IMG/VR virus record: IMGVR_UViG_3300032328_000544
Location: 1-58,942 of that record
Reading direction: 5' to 3' (one strand)
Origin: a virus
Taxonomy: Duplodnaviria > Caudoviricetes
DNA: 58,942 bases
Shown one piece after another: positions 49,916 through 58,942 of the stretch (its first letter is position 1; each line of letters begins with the position of its first letter). Made by a program: the position numbers and the translations under genes. Below the pieces are notes generated by a model, which saw only the letters and a list, made by a program, of their open reading frames with translations, was not told the origin of the DNA and ran no database searches.

Positions 49916-50479
49916 TTAGAAGGGAGACGTGGCAGGTGCTGCGGGTGCCGAAGCCATGGGGGGCGCAGGCGGTGCAGGCGGTGCAGGCGGTGCAGGAGGT
50001 GCAGAGAATACGGGCTGCGCGGGTGCTTCACCCTGAGTAGCCTGAACTGCTGGCGTAGCGTTGCTCTGAAGAACATAGTACTTCTTCACTTCGTTACGCT
50101 TTTCACCCTGCCACACGCGAGAACCTACTTGAGCACGGAAAAACTTGCCGTTAATGGCAGATTCGACCTGAGCGTTTGAGGGTGTGTTCTGGGCAAACCA
50201 CTCACGAGAGACACCAAGAGCGGTCATTTTGGAAAAGAAAATTCCAAGAGCGTTCTTGTTTTCGGGAGAGATAACCAAGTTATCCCAGATGCGACGCTTA
50301 GCGTAAGCGCCACCTTGTACCTCGCAGGTAATCTTGAACATCGTCTTACCAGTCGAAGTGGTGGTAGACGAAGCCTCAATTACCTTGAGGTCGTAATCGC
50401 CGTCGGGCAACGGCTCGTAAGAACCACTAGCAGAGTCGCCAGCATCCTTAACTAAATCGCCCCAGTTGAGTGCAACCAT
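49916..50479 (-). CDS. DUF669-like ssDNA-binding protein
   Basis: PLPDGDY.L.V..G..M; Pro-rich tail ending SPF. Confidence 0.75.
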   Translation of the reverse strand: MVALNWGDLVKDAGDSASGSYEPLPDGDYDLKVIEASSTTTSTGKTMFKITCEVQGGAYAKRRIWDNLVISPENKNALGIFFSKMTALGVSREWFAQNTPSNAQVESAINGKFFRAQVGSRVWQGEKRNEVKKYYVLQSNATPAVQATQGEAPAQPVFSAPPAPPAPPAPPAPPMASAPAAPATSPF

Positions 50480-50512
50480 GTGATTTTTTCCTTACTTGTC
50501 GTTAGTCGGTTA

Positions 50513-51271
50513 TTACGCCGACGTTGTTTTTTCGGTACGGGGTCCGAAAATCTTATCAAGCATCATTTCGATGCTCATTTCACCCTGCTCAACAATCTGA
50601 CCAAGACGTCCTTGAACTCGCTCTCCAGCCTCAAACTGGTCGGTACGCTCGACGTACATTCGACGTGCTCGGTATGGGGGTTGAGTTGGGTCTGCGCTGG
50701 CAATTGTTTCGTTTGCAATGTAGCCCAAGACGTCATAGAAATACGGTGCTTGAACTTTCAACTGACCTTGAAGGTAGGGGTGCATTCTCTCGTCTTGACC
50801 GCGAATAGCCATTGCCGTCATAACTACAGCCTCAAGGGGCTGTGTCGGGTGGGAGGTAAGGTCACGCAGGTCACGGAGCAGGTGCCCCATGTGGCGAAGA
50901 AGTTCGCCCCACTGTTGCATTTTCATTTGCTCGGTTCCAGCAATGTTGTCCATGCACTTCACCTGAAGTTCAGAAATGGAATCAATAATGAGCGACTTGA
51001 ACTGGTGGCGACCAGCCTGGAGCCACTGGAATGCCTTGAGAACCGTGTCGTAGTCGCGTACCTGAACAACTACAGTATCCCAAGTTCCGTCGGCCACGGG
51101 GGGTTCTTCCCGCATCGGGTCCCAATACTTGACGTTGATGGGCAAGAATCGGTGCCCACCCTCTACATCGAGCATGAGACGGGGGTATGGCGCTGTGACG
51201 GCAAAAGTTGACTTACCAACCTTGGACTCGCCATAGACCATAAGAGTGAGAGAACGATGTACTTGTGACAT
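50513..51271 (-). CDS. Sak4-like AAA_24 ATPase (ssDNA annealing)
   Basis: YGESKVGKST, LDVEGG, IIDSISE. Confidence 0.82.
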   Translation of the reverse strand: MSQVHRSLTLMVYGESKVGKSTFAVTAPYPRLMLDVEGGHRFLPINVKYWDPMREEPPVADGTWDTVVVQVRDYDTVLKAFQWLQAGRHQFKSLIIDSISELQVKCMDNIAGTEQMKMQQWGELLRHMGHLLRDLRDLTSHPTQPLEAVVMTAMAIRGQDERMHPYLQGQLKVQAPYFYDVLGYIANETIASADPTQPPYRARRMYVERTDQFEAGERVQGRLGQIVEQGEMSIEMMLDKIFGPRTEKTTSA

Positions 51272-52254
51272 TATTCTGTTCCTTTCTTTTCGTCTTCTGA
51301 TTTGTAGTAACCATATGGGTCGGAGACCACATACATCTCACTAATTGCTGCCTCGGCGGCGCTACCGTCGTCGATAAGCGGGCAAATAGTGTAGAACTGA
51401 CACTTCCACTTGCAATCTTTCGTGGGTCGTGGGTAGGCAAGAAAGTTTGAGTCACCACCAGCATTAAGATTAGATTTGACGCCGAGAAGGTCTTGAATGA
51501 CTCCGTGGATTTGTTGCCAGAATGCTCGCATAGTGAAGTTATTGTGGCGAACTTCAATTTGCTCGTAGAAGGGGGGGCGTGCGGCAGCCGTACGCTTTAC
51601 CTTCTTGAGCATAGTAAAGATACCGCCCTCGGAACGCTCCTCAGGGGATTTGTTCTGAGCAGACTCAAGAAGCATATATGTCTTGATTTGCTCGTTCATT
51701 TGAGCCTGACTTCCAAAGTCAGAGAACGAGCCACCCACAGTCTTGAAGTCACGGAACATACGCACACCGTCTGACCGACGTCGAACACGCATATCAAGTT
51801 TTCCCTGAAGAACTACTTTGCCATCGAATAATGGCATTTCAATAATCTCTTCAGTAGAAATCATTTCAAGGTCGGCGTCAATTCCTTCTTCTGCCACCCA
51901 CTCAAGGTAGCCCTCAAGCATAATTCGCCCAAGTTCGGCTTCAGCCTCAAGATTGTGTGTATCTCTAAACTCTGCCTGCATTTTACCCAAGTCTTTTTCC
52001 ACCAACTCGGAGTGTGCCTCAAGCAAGTTTTTTCCAGTTGAGTAGTGCATATCCAGCGCCTCATGGACACGAGAGCCAAGAGCAAGAGCACCAGTGAAGT
52101 CTTTCTGCTTCGGCTGTAGGCGTCGGTAGTAGGCCAGCCACCACTTGCGACGGCAGTCCTTAAATACCTGAATCTCTGAGTTAGAGAGGCGGTATGGTTG
52201 CTCGGCATCACCTGTAATTTCTACAGTGCCGTTTGTAACTCCGTTGTTTGTCAT
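51271..52254 (-). CDS. Cas4/RecB-like PD-(D/E)XK exonuclease with Fe-S Cys
   Basis: C-RRKW, G...H, GKLD..RDFKT, CKWKCQFYTIC. Confidence 0.85.
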   Translation of the reverse strand: MTNNGVTNGTVEITGDAEQPYRLSNSEIQVFKDCRRKWWLAYYRRLQPKQKDFTGALALGSRVHEALDMHYSTGKNLLEAHSELVEKDLGKMQAEFRDTHNLEAEAELGRIMLEGYLEWVAEEGIDADLEMISTEEIIEMPLFDGKVVLQGKLDMRVRRRSDGVRMFRDFKTVGGSFSDFGSQAQMNEQIKTYMLLESAQNKSPEERSEGGIFTMLKKVKRTAAARPPFYEQIEVRHNNFTMRAFWQQIHGVIQDLLGVKSNLNAGGDSNFLAYPRPTKDCKWKCQFYTICPLIDDGSAAEAAISEMYVVSDPYGYYKSEDEKKGTE

Positions 52255-52256
52255 GG

Positions 52257-54068
52257 TTAGAGAGTACCAGCCTTATCTTGTTTCAGTAAATCCAACAGTT
52301 TTTCTTTGTCGTGGACAATTTGTTCAAAGTTCTCAGCCTTTTCGTCGAGAACCTGAATAACTCGTTCTTCAATAGTTCCTTCAGTTACGTAGTCCATAAC
52401 AATAACAGAGTCGTGGATTTCAGAACCGATACGGTGAATACGGTCAATAGCCTGTTTGTAGTCTACGAGTGACCACGGACGTTGGAGCATTACCAAACGT
52501 CGACCAGCAGTGAGGGTAATTCCAACACCCCCAGCCTGCGCTGTAAAAAGAATCCATTTCGTTCTCCCTGACTGGAAATCATCTACTGCTTGCTGACGTT
52601 CATCCTCCGACTGAGCGCCAGTAATCAACCCGTGATTGATGCCCTCTTTTGTGAGACGAGCGCTAAGCAATTCAATCAATTGTCGAGATACGGCACAAAC
52701 CGCAACCGCATCGTCTCCGAAGTCGCCGTTCTTGATGTCGTCCATAAGAGCATCGACTTTACAAGAAGGCTCTGCCAAAACGGTCTTTATTTCGCCAGTG
52801 GATTCGTTTACCACGTTCTCGGCAAAAGCGTTGGCAAACTGAATCAAACGAGTGGTTTGTGTAAGCACGCTAGGTGCTACAACAGCGCCACTTCCTTCAA
52901 GTTCCGCAATCATATGCTCTCGCATATCTTTGTATGCTTTGCCCTGCTTTGGCGACATCTCAACGTCACGACGCTCAAACATCATTTCGGGAAGCCAAGG
53001 CAGCACGCGCTGCTTGAGCATACGACGCATGCGGGGTCTAATGACTGCTTGAAACTCTTCTTCCATGTGTGGCTTGATTCCCAAGACCATAAGACCGCCA
53101 AATGCATTGAGCATAGTGTCGACCATACGGTCAATCCAGCGCGTCTTGCTTGGGAACTCGTCAGGCGAGAGCCAGTGAAGAATAGCCCACAAATCGAGAA
53201 CGTTGTTTGCAATGGGTGTACCAGTCAGGGCAAAGCGAATATCCGCTTCCCCAGACGCCGCCCAAAGAGCACGAGTCTGCTTAGATTTTGGGTCTTTAGA
53301 ACGGTGGATTTCATCGGCAACTATTGCCTTAAAATCAATTCTGTTGAGTTCACGTTCGTGTACTTCGCAACGTCCCTCGGTTACTCGTTCGTCGTGACCT
53401 TTACATGCTTTACAACGAGCCAGTGCGATAGAACCAAAAGGTGCGAGGCGCGAGTGGGTTCGAAGAGATTCCCAGTTGATTACGTAAACATCAACGTTTT
53501 CTTCTTCGAACTGCTTGCGCCGCTGATTAGTTGTGCCACGGACTACCTGAACGTTTACATCAGGCCACCACTTTTTGAACTCGCGTTGCCAGTTCTTCTT
53601 CAAGGTGTTTGGGCAGACAATAAGGGCTGGAAAAACAGCCTCACCGCCGTCCTTGAGTTTTTTCAAAGAACGGATTGCTTGGGCAGTCTTACCAAGTCCG
53701 GGTTCGTCGGCAAGCAGTGCGCGACGTGCAGTTGCCAAAAACTCAACACCAGCCCGCTGGTGGGGGAAAAGGTCTTGGTCACCAACTCCGTCTGGCAGAA
53801 CCTCAACGTCCCTAAGTTCATTGGCTGGGTCGATGCGAATTGTGCGTTCATTTACTGCCCACGCGGTGAGACGCTCACCTAAGACCAAATCATCACGAAA
53901 TGTGGAGCGAAGTGCTAAACAAGCAGACCACGATACGGGCAAGCGCCAAGTCTGGTTTGTTGAGTCATAACTCGAACCCGGCAGACTCTTACAAAGTTCT
54001 TTTAAACGCCAATCAGAATTAATGACAATACTTTTTCCAGAGTCATCAAGTTCGACACCGACAGTCAT
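52257..54068 (-). CDS. SNF2-family helicase
   Basis: DEPGLGKT, DEIH, LTGTP, GGVGITL, QAIDRIHRIG. Confidence 0.92.
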   Translation of the reverse strand: MTVGVELDDSGKSIVINSDWRLKELCKSLPGSSYDSTNQTWRLPVSWSACLALRSTFRDDLVLGERLTAWAVNERTIRIDPANELRDVEVLPDGVGDQDLFPHQRAGVEFLATARRALLADEPGLGKTAQAIRSLKKLKDGGEAVFPALIVCPNTLKKNWQREFKKWWPDVNVQVVRGTTNQRRKQFEEENVDVYVINWESLRTHSRLAPFGSIALARCKACKGHDERVTEGRCEVHERELNRIDFKAIVADEIHRSKDPKSKQTRALWAASGEADIRFALTGTPIANNVLDLWAILHWLSPDEFPSKTRWIDRMVDTMLNAFGGLMVLGIKPHMEEEFQAVIRPRMRRMLKQRVLPWLPEMMFERRDVEMSPKQGKAYKDMREHMIAELEGSGAVVAPSVLTQTTRLIQFANAFAENVVNESTGEIKTVLAEPSCKVDALMDDIKNGDFGDDAVAVCAVSRQLIELLSARLTKEGINHGLITGAQSEDERQQAVDDFQSGRTKWILFTAQAGGVGITLTAGRRLVMLQRPWSLVDYKQAIDRIHRIGSEIHDSVIVMDYVTEGTIEERVIQVLDEKAENFEQIVHDKEKLLDLLKQDKAGTL

Positions 54069-54143
54069 TGGATAAATCCTTTCGTCATTACGTACATACT
54101 AGCACAAAATAATTTTATTTATTTGCGAAACGCGATAGTAGGG

Positions 54144-54605
54144 CTACTCAAGAAGTTTTCTAGGCATCCACCCAGTCATTACCAAATACAGCAAACCGTG
54201 CCTAATTGCGTCAAGTGCGTGTCCCGCACCACCACGATGCCAATACTCAAGTTTTTTTAGTTTCTCGTTAGTAAACATACTCATGGCATTGGCAGGCAAC
54301 TGAAACTTGAGAGATTCGGGGTCACGCCCCCTGTCCACAAGAATCAACTTCAATGCCCCAATACACTCAAGACTGTACGGTGCTTGAGACTTTTTAGCGG
54401 TCTGCATATTAATTGTAAACTTTTCGCAGACCACCTCAAGGGTTGGGTACTGCATAAAAGTCATTCGTGTTTTGTCGGCAAACTCAACAAAATCTTTCTC
54501 ACCACTCCACAAAAGTTCGGGGTCTTCACCATTTTTTATTGAAAACAAAGCCATACCCGTAGTCTTGCCAGGGTCAATTGCTAGGACGTACCGAGTCACT
54601 ACCAT
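54144..54605 (-). CDS. RuvC-like Holliday junction resolvase
   Basis: LAIDPGKTTG, VCE, HALDA.RH. Confidence 0.8.
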   Translation of the reverse strand: MVVTRYVLAIDPGKTTGMALFSIKNGEDPELLWSGEKDFVEFADKTRMTFMQYPTLEVVCEKFTINMQTAKKSQAPYSLECIGALKLILVDRGRDPESLKFQLPANAMSMFTNEKLKKLEYWHRGGAGHALDAIRHGLLYLVMTGWMPRKLLE

Positions 54606-56430
54606 CTCCTAATTCGTACTTTTCTCCCCAGTTAGAGAAAGGACCATCAACACCAGCGGTCAGCGGAACTTCCCACTCTTCTCGCGTAGTCATACACTGT
54701 TGAACAAGGTGCTTGACTTCCTCAACGCTGTCCTTAGGACAGTTCAACACAATTTCGTCGTGTACAGGAACAATAAGAAGTTCCGTCAAATCTGCTTGGT
54801 CGAGTTTAATAAGGTTCTGCTTAAAGATTTCAGCGGCACTTGCCTGAATCAGATAGTTAGTCAGCGAATACACGCGGTCATCGTCGCACGGAAGTCGACG
54901 TCCAGTTTTTGTGTAGACGTAGCCAACTCCCTCAGAACGAAGTCGTTGCGTGCCAACGTCCTCGATTTCGGAAGACATTTTCTTGACACCGGGGTAGTTG
55001 GAATCAAATGCCTCAACTACATCTTTCATTTGCGCGTCAGAAACACCAGCGGTGAGGGCCATAGTCGCTATGCCAGCACCATACAGTTTTCCGTAGACAA
55101 CGCCCTTAACCAATTTGCGTCGGGGGTCTGACTTTTGGAGTGTGTCGTCTGCGTAAATCTGACGCATAATCGACGTAAACACGTCGCCACCAGTTGCGTC
55201 TGCTTCATTAAACAGATTGATAAGTTGCTCGTCACGGCTAAAGTTTGCGGTAAGACGGAACTCCACTTGGTCGAGGTCGGACGACAAAATAACGTGGTCG
55301 TCGTCCTTAGGCAAGAACGCACGACGCACAGTGGCGTCCCCCGCAGGAAGAGTTTGCAGAGCAGGGTCAGTAATTGACATACGCCCAGTACGAGCGCCAA
55401 GTGTTTTTACAGACGGGTGAACAAACCCGTCAATGTTGCCTTCAAGAAAGTTTTTAAAGTATGTGTTAGCCAACTTGTCGGCTTTACGTTGCTTGAGAAC
55501 GACGTCAGCCAACTGCTTAATCTCTGGCGTGCCGTCGCGCAACAGCATTTTAAGTTGGTCGGCAGAAGCAGATTTTTGTCCAGAAGGGGTGGTCTCGGTA
55601 ATGTTAGCGCCAAGACTTTCAAAAATTCCTACCAATTGAATATTGCTAGTGACAGACTTACCGTAGTTTTTCATACCCCAGTCGCGCACCAACTCACCAT
55701 ATTTATTGAGTTCATCGAACTTCTGCTTTGAGTAGTCAAGGTCCACACGAGCACCGTTGATTTCCATTCGGGTAACAATTTTTCGTGCCGCCATTTCAAT
55801 TTCATATGGAATGCTGTACATTTTTCCCGTACCGCATTTTTCCCAAAACTGCTCAAACAAACGCATAGTGAGAACTGTGTCAAGCGCACCATACGCCCAG
55901 TAAGGCTCAAAGTTGACGGGGACACTTCCCCACGTCCAGCCATTCTCCCTAAGCGAAACATCAAGGTGGGTCTGAAGGGCAGCGGCCTTTGAGTCAACGT
56001 ACTGAGAAGTCAGACGCTTCAGCGCACCAGAGCCAAGCGGGTCAATTACTTGCGCCATAATCATTGTGTCGTGAGCGCGGTGCCACGGGATACCCCAACG
56101 TGATTGAATGTCAAACCAACGCGCTTCAAACGCAACGTTGTGGCAAACGATGGGACCGTTAAATTTATTCATTGCTTCGTAAAAAACGCCAGACCATTCA
56201 TCCCACGGAATTGCCCAACCAGTCTGACCGTCACCCACCTGTACCAAACGGATACGTCCGTGCCACGGAGAAAGCGCGTCTTTTGTAGGGCGCCCCGGAA
56301 GTTCTCCCGTCTCAATGTCCACGGCAATAGCGTCCATAGGTCGACGTTCGCCAAGCCACGAAAGAAAAGCACGTGCCTCGTCGACGTTATTGACAAGGTG
56401 CAATTGCACGTTTCTGAGTCCGTCATTCAT
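54574..56430 (-). CDS. polA: family A DNA polymerase with 3'-5' exonuclease
   Basis: DIET exo I, HN..F, D.DQVE.R motif A, RKLVKGVVYGKLYG motif B, VHDE motif C. Confidence 0.95.
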   Translation of the reverse strand: MNDGLRNVQLHLVNNVDEARAFLSWLGERRPMDAIAVDIETGELPGRPTKDALSPWHGRIRLVQVGDGQTGWAIPWDEWSGVFYEAMNKFNGPIVCHNVAFEARWFDIQSRWGIPWHRAHDTMIMAQVIDPLGSGALKRLTSQYVDSKAAALQTHLDVSLRENGWTWGSVPVNFEPYWAYGALDTVLTMRLFEQFWEKCGTGKMYSIPYEIEMAARKIVTRMEINGARVDLDYSKQKFDELNKYGELVRDWGMKNYGKSVTSNIQLVGIFESLGANITETTPSGQKSASADQLKMLLRDGTPEIKQLADVVLKQRKADKLANTYFKNFLEGNIDGFVHPSVKTLGARTGRMSITDPALQTLPAGDATVRRAFLPKDDDHVILSSDLDQVEFRLTANFSRDEQLINLFNEADATGGDVFTSIMRQIYADDTLQKSDPRRKLVKGVVYGKLYGAGIATMALTAGVSDAQMKDVVEAFDSNYPGVKKMSSEIEDVGTQRLRSEGVGYVYTKTGRRLPCDDDRVYSLTNYLIQASAAEIFKQNLIKLDQADLTELLIVPVHDEIVLNCPKDSVEEVKHLVQQCMTTREEWEVPLTAGVDGPFSNWGEKYELGDGSDSVRPSN

Positions 56431-56462
56431 ATTTTTGCTCTCCGTCGTTTTGTGGGGACTAT

Positions 56463-56789
56463 CTACTGCGGGTCTGGGTTATCAAAAAACTTGTCCCATT
56501 CGCCAAATTCTTCATCGTCTTCCTCTATGTCAGAATCAAGTACCACTATCTGACCGACTGCTGTCTCACTAGTACCACTGCTACCTAAAGGATAGTCAAT
56601 AAAATCTACTGCTGCGCTACTAGACAACACCATGCCCGTAAGGGTTAGGGCTTCGCTAGCCTTAAATCCAGATTTTTTTAGTTCTAAATAGAGTTCGTGA
56701 ATTTGTATAGTGATACTAGATAAATTTGTTATCTCAATAGCAGGAACTAGTTCTGGCTCAGGGGTCTCATTCGGTTCCTCTTCAGCCAT
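56463..56789 (-). CDS. acidic hypothetical protein
   Basis: HELY.EL..SGF..SEAL; acidic C-terminus. Confidence 0.65.
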   Translation of the reverse strand: MAEEEPNETPEPELVPAIEITNLSSITIQIHELYLELKKSGFKASEALTLTGMVLSSSAAVDFIDYPLGSSGTSETAVGQIVVLDSDIEEDDEEFGEWDKFFDNPDPQ

Positions 56790-56806
56790 ATTTTTCTCTC
56801 CGCTTT

Positions 56807-57280
56807 CTATGGGATTACTTCTATTTTATATACAGATTCAATCTGTGAGTCTTTGCGGGAGGCTTCTTCGAGGAGCCGCTGAGCAACATTGGTGAGATAT
56901 CTGGCACTGCCATTGTCATCGTATTGGTACAGAGCGTCGAGCACTGCGTCTGCTTCGTCGCTAACTTGCGCCCAATATCTGTCCTTTTCGGGAAACACAA
57001 GGTCGACGTCTTCGGTTGGGTAGCATTTGTCGCAAGGAATTGCTAAATTTTCAAGTTCAAGAAAACTGATTTCCTGAAGCCCATATTTCTTTACTGACGG
57101 GCAAGCAGCGCCGTGGTAGACGAGAGAGACGCCGACACGGGAAAGAATGTATGAACCACTCTCGGTTCGGTACAATTCGAACTCAATCCAACGGGATGAG
57201 CCACGTCGGTAGGAAGATGACTTCCCTAGCAGAACACCGTCAAACTGGAGTGTTCGTGACCCGTCCTTTACTTCATACAT
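56807..57280 (-). CDS. conserved hypothetical phage protein
   Basis: RW.EFELYRT..G.YIL..VG.S. Confidence 0.7.
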   Translation of the reverse strand: MYEVKDGSRTLQFDGVLLGKSSSYRRGSSRWIEFELYRTESGSYILSRVGVSLVYHGAACPSVKKYGLQEISFLELENLAIPCDKCYPTEDVDLVFPEKDRYWAQVSDEADAVLDALYQYDDNGSARYLTNVAQRLLEEASRKDSQIESVYKIEVIP

Positions 57281-57354
57281 TTTTTCTCTTTCGTTCCATC
57301 GTTACCATTATGGTATCAGAATTGCGGTTTGTTTATTGGTGACACTCACTATTA

Positions 57355-58941
57355 TTAGGCCGTGACGTTGTATGTGTATGTCAATCTAAACTGCGGTGGG
57401 TCCGATTGGTTGTCACCGTCAAAGTAGCCGTAGTTTGCCAACGTGCCGTCATACGTGTCTGGGTTGTCATCAGTCAGACCAAGCAGAATTCCCCACGTTC
57501 CAGTCCCAGCAATGGCGCTATACCAAGAACTTGGCAACGTAACCCATTTTCCTTGACCTTTACTGAATGAGGACGAGGTTGGGTTGTACCCATCAGCAGC
57601 GGCAGGAATGCTTGAGCCAACACTTCCGTCTGCGGTGAATCCAATTTTTGCTGATAATCCCGAAGCATTGTACGAGTGCCTGTTTCTCAAATAAACTTCA
57701 ATCTTTGTGATTGCAAAAGCACTATACGGTGCTGTATTGGTATATATGCTGGCATTGTTTAGACCAACGAGAGTGCTAACCGCCTCAAAGGTGACGTGGG
57801 ATTTCTTAGTCCCAGATGCTGTACCTGGGTTACCTTGATAAATAGAGTTTTCGTTTGCATACGGGTCGCTTGTACCGCCGTCACCTTTACCATAGTTGTC
57901 GTAGTAAGCACTGTCGAGCGATGTTCGTGCCACGGTCACTGTAAAGGGGGTCGTGCCAGAGCCACCACCCCCACCAGCGAATGTCCCTTCGCTGAGGAAT
58001 CTTGCTTCACCACTTCCGTGGCTACCAATCTGCGAGGTAACTGCTGGACCCATATCGTAAATAGAAATCCCACTTTTTGCTGACCCAAATTCTCGGAAAG
58101 CGAGAGTGCTTCTCGTGGCAGTCGAGTTGTACGTGTGCCTAATTTGCCAAAAAATTTCCACTCCAGATTGAACCAAATAATTGGTCATTCCGTTAGATAG
58201 AGAAGCGCTGGTTGACGTGTAATCAAAGACCATTGGGTTGACTGAATAGGCACCACTGTTATCGTCAAAGTTGACAGTTTGCTTTACATAAGCGTAGTTA
58301 TTGGCGTCCATCGTGTTGAGTGCGTAGTTTGCCGTTGCGTTAGGATTGCTGCTGGCAATAAACTCAATCCGCGAGTCAACGTTAGAAGTGGATACTACAC
58401 GCAAATTTCCAAATGAAATTACAAAAAGATAGTTTCTATTTGCGTCCAACGTAAAAGAGCCAGCAGCAAAAGTAGTCCTGTCGTTAGTAGCATTCAAAAG
58501 ACCGTTATCGGTGAAAATACCAAAGTTGGCGGAATAAATTAGACCGCGAGCAAATCTGTTGAGAATATCACCAGTGTAGGACCGAACATTACTTGTCGCT
58601 GTGTAGGGAGAGTTGGTAGCAGCGTTTGCCAAGTCGTGGTAGCGAGCCAAATCAGCAGTGCCGTAAAGATTATTAGTCGTGTTAGTCAGCGTGCTATAAA
58701 TTTTTACTTCAGCATTGAACGTCGTGTTTGCCTCAAAAAAACTTGGCTCAGTTGAATAGAGAGCACCAGTGGAGACGTCCGTAAAACTGGCAACTCCAGT
58801 GACATCAATAGATGCGTTAGCCAGAGTAATTTCATCTAAATCAACTGACCCAAGTCTTGTCTGAACAGTGTCATTTTCAGCATAAAAAACAAGCCCATTA
58901 GGTGACATTTCATAATTTTTAGATGGTATTTGCGCTGTCAA
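57355..58941 (-). CDS. minor tail/receptor-binding protein (5'-truncated by the window edge)
   Basis: S/T/G/N-rich beta-type ORF running to the edge; K.EVYL..H..KWVTLP..P...TY C-terminal module. Confidence 0.65.
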   Translation of the reverse strand: MTAQIPSKNYEMSPNGLVFYAENDTVQTRLGSVDLDEITLANASIDVTGVASFTDVSTGALYSTEPSFFEANTTFNAEVKIYSTLTNTTNNLYGTADLARYHDLANAATNSPYTATSNVRSYTGDILNRFARGLIYSANFGIFTDNGLLNATNDRTTFAAGSFTLDANRNYLFVISFGNLRVVSTSNVDSRIEFIASSNPNATANYALNTMDANNYAYVKQTVNFDDNSGAYSVNPMVFDYTSTSASLSNGMTNYLVQSGVEIFWQIRHTYNSTATRSTLAFREFGSAKSGISIYDMGPAVTSQIGSHGSGEARFLSEGTFAGGGGGSGTTPFTVTVARTSLDSAYYDNYGKGDGGTSDPYANENSIYQGNPGTASGTKKSHVTFEAVSTLVGLNNASIYTNTAPYSAFAITKIEVYLRNRHSYNASGLSAKIGFTADGSVGSSIPAAADGYNPTSSSFSKGQGKWVTLPSSWYSAIAGTGTWGILLGLTDDNPDTYDGTLANYGYFDGDNQSDPPQFRLTYTYNVTA

Positions 58942-58942
58942 A

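Noticed and set aside
49961-50002. 9-bp GGCGGTGCA tandem repeat as a regulatory element
   Set aside because: It encodes the (APP)n tail of the SSB-like protein.
51271-52254. CRISPR-Cas4 adaptation gene
   Set aside because: No cas1/cas2 or array. It sits in the usual Sak4/SSB/helicase recombination module.
52590-53882. 430-aa plus-strand ORF
   Set aside because: Antisense shadow of the SNF2 helicase.

Overview
A gene-dense 59-kb segment of a large tailed dsDNA phage, most likely infecting Actinobacteria (two WhiB genes, DUF3039, an MSMEG_6728-like glycosylase, and many leaderless TANNNT-N6/7-ATG starts). Layout: (1) a leftward early-type region at 1-11.5 kb with TTGACA promoters, a MoxR ATPase/VWA pair, a degenerate CHAP protein and two Mom-like GNATs; (2) an AT-rich repeat locus at the strand switch (~11.5-11.9 kb), an origin candidate; (3) a large coiled-coil membrane protein, M23 peptidase, thioredoxin and holin-like gene; (4) DNA-modification and nucleotide genes (two MTases, a third Mom-like gene, dNMP kinase); (5) an RNR beta subunit with class Ic (Mn/Fe) signatures, followed by two unannotated Cys micro-ORFs, one resembling a free-standing NrdA C-terminal CxxC tail; (6) an RNA cluster of tmRNA, an unexplained structured RNA, a D-armless tRNA-like element and tRNA-Gly, plus a separate tRNA-Arg; (7) collagen and Gly-rich fibres with several glycosyltransferases; (8) a replication/recombination module (primase-helicase, SSB, Sak4-like ATPase, Cas4-like nuclease, SNF2 helicase, RuvC, PolA) and a truncated tail gene. 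All calls come from reading motifs by eye; no searches were run.
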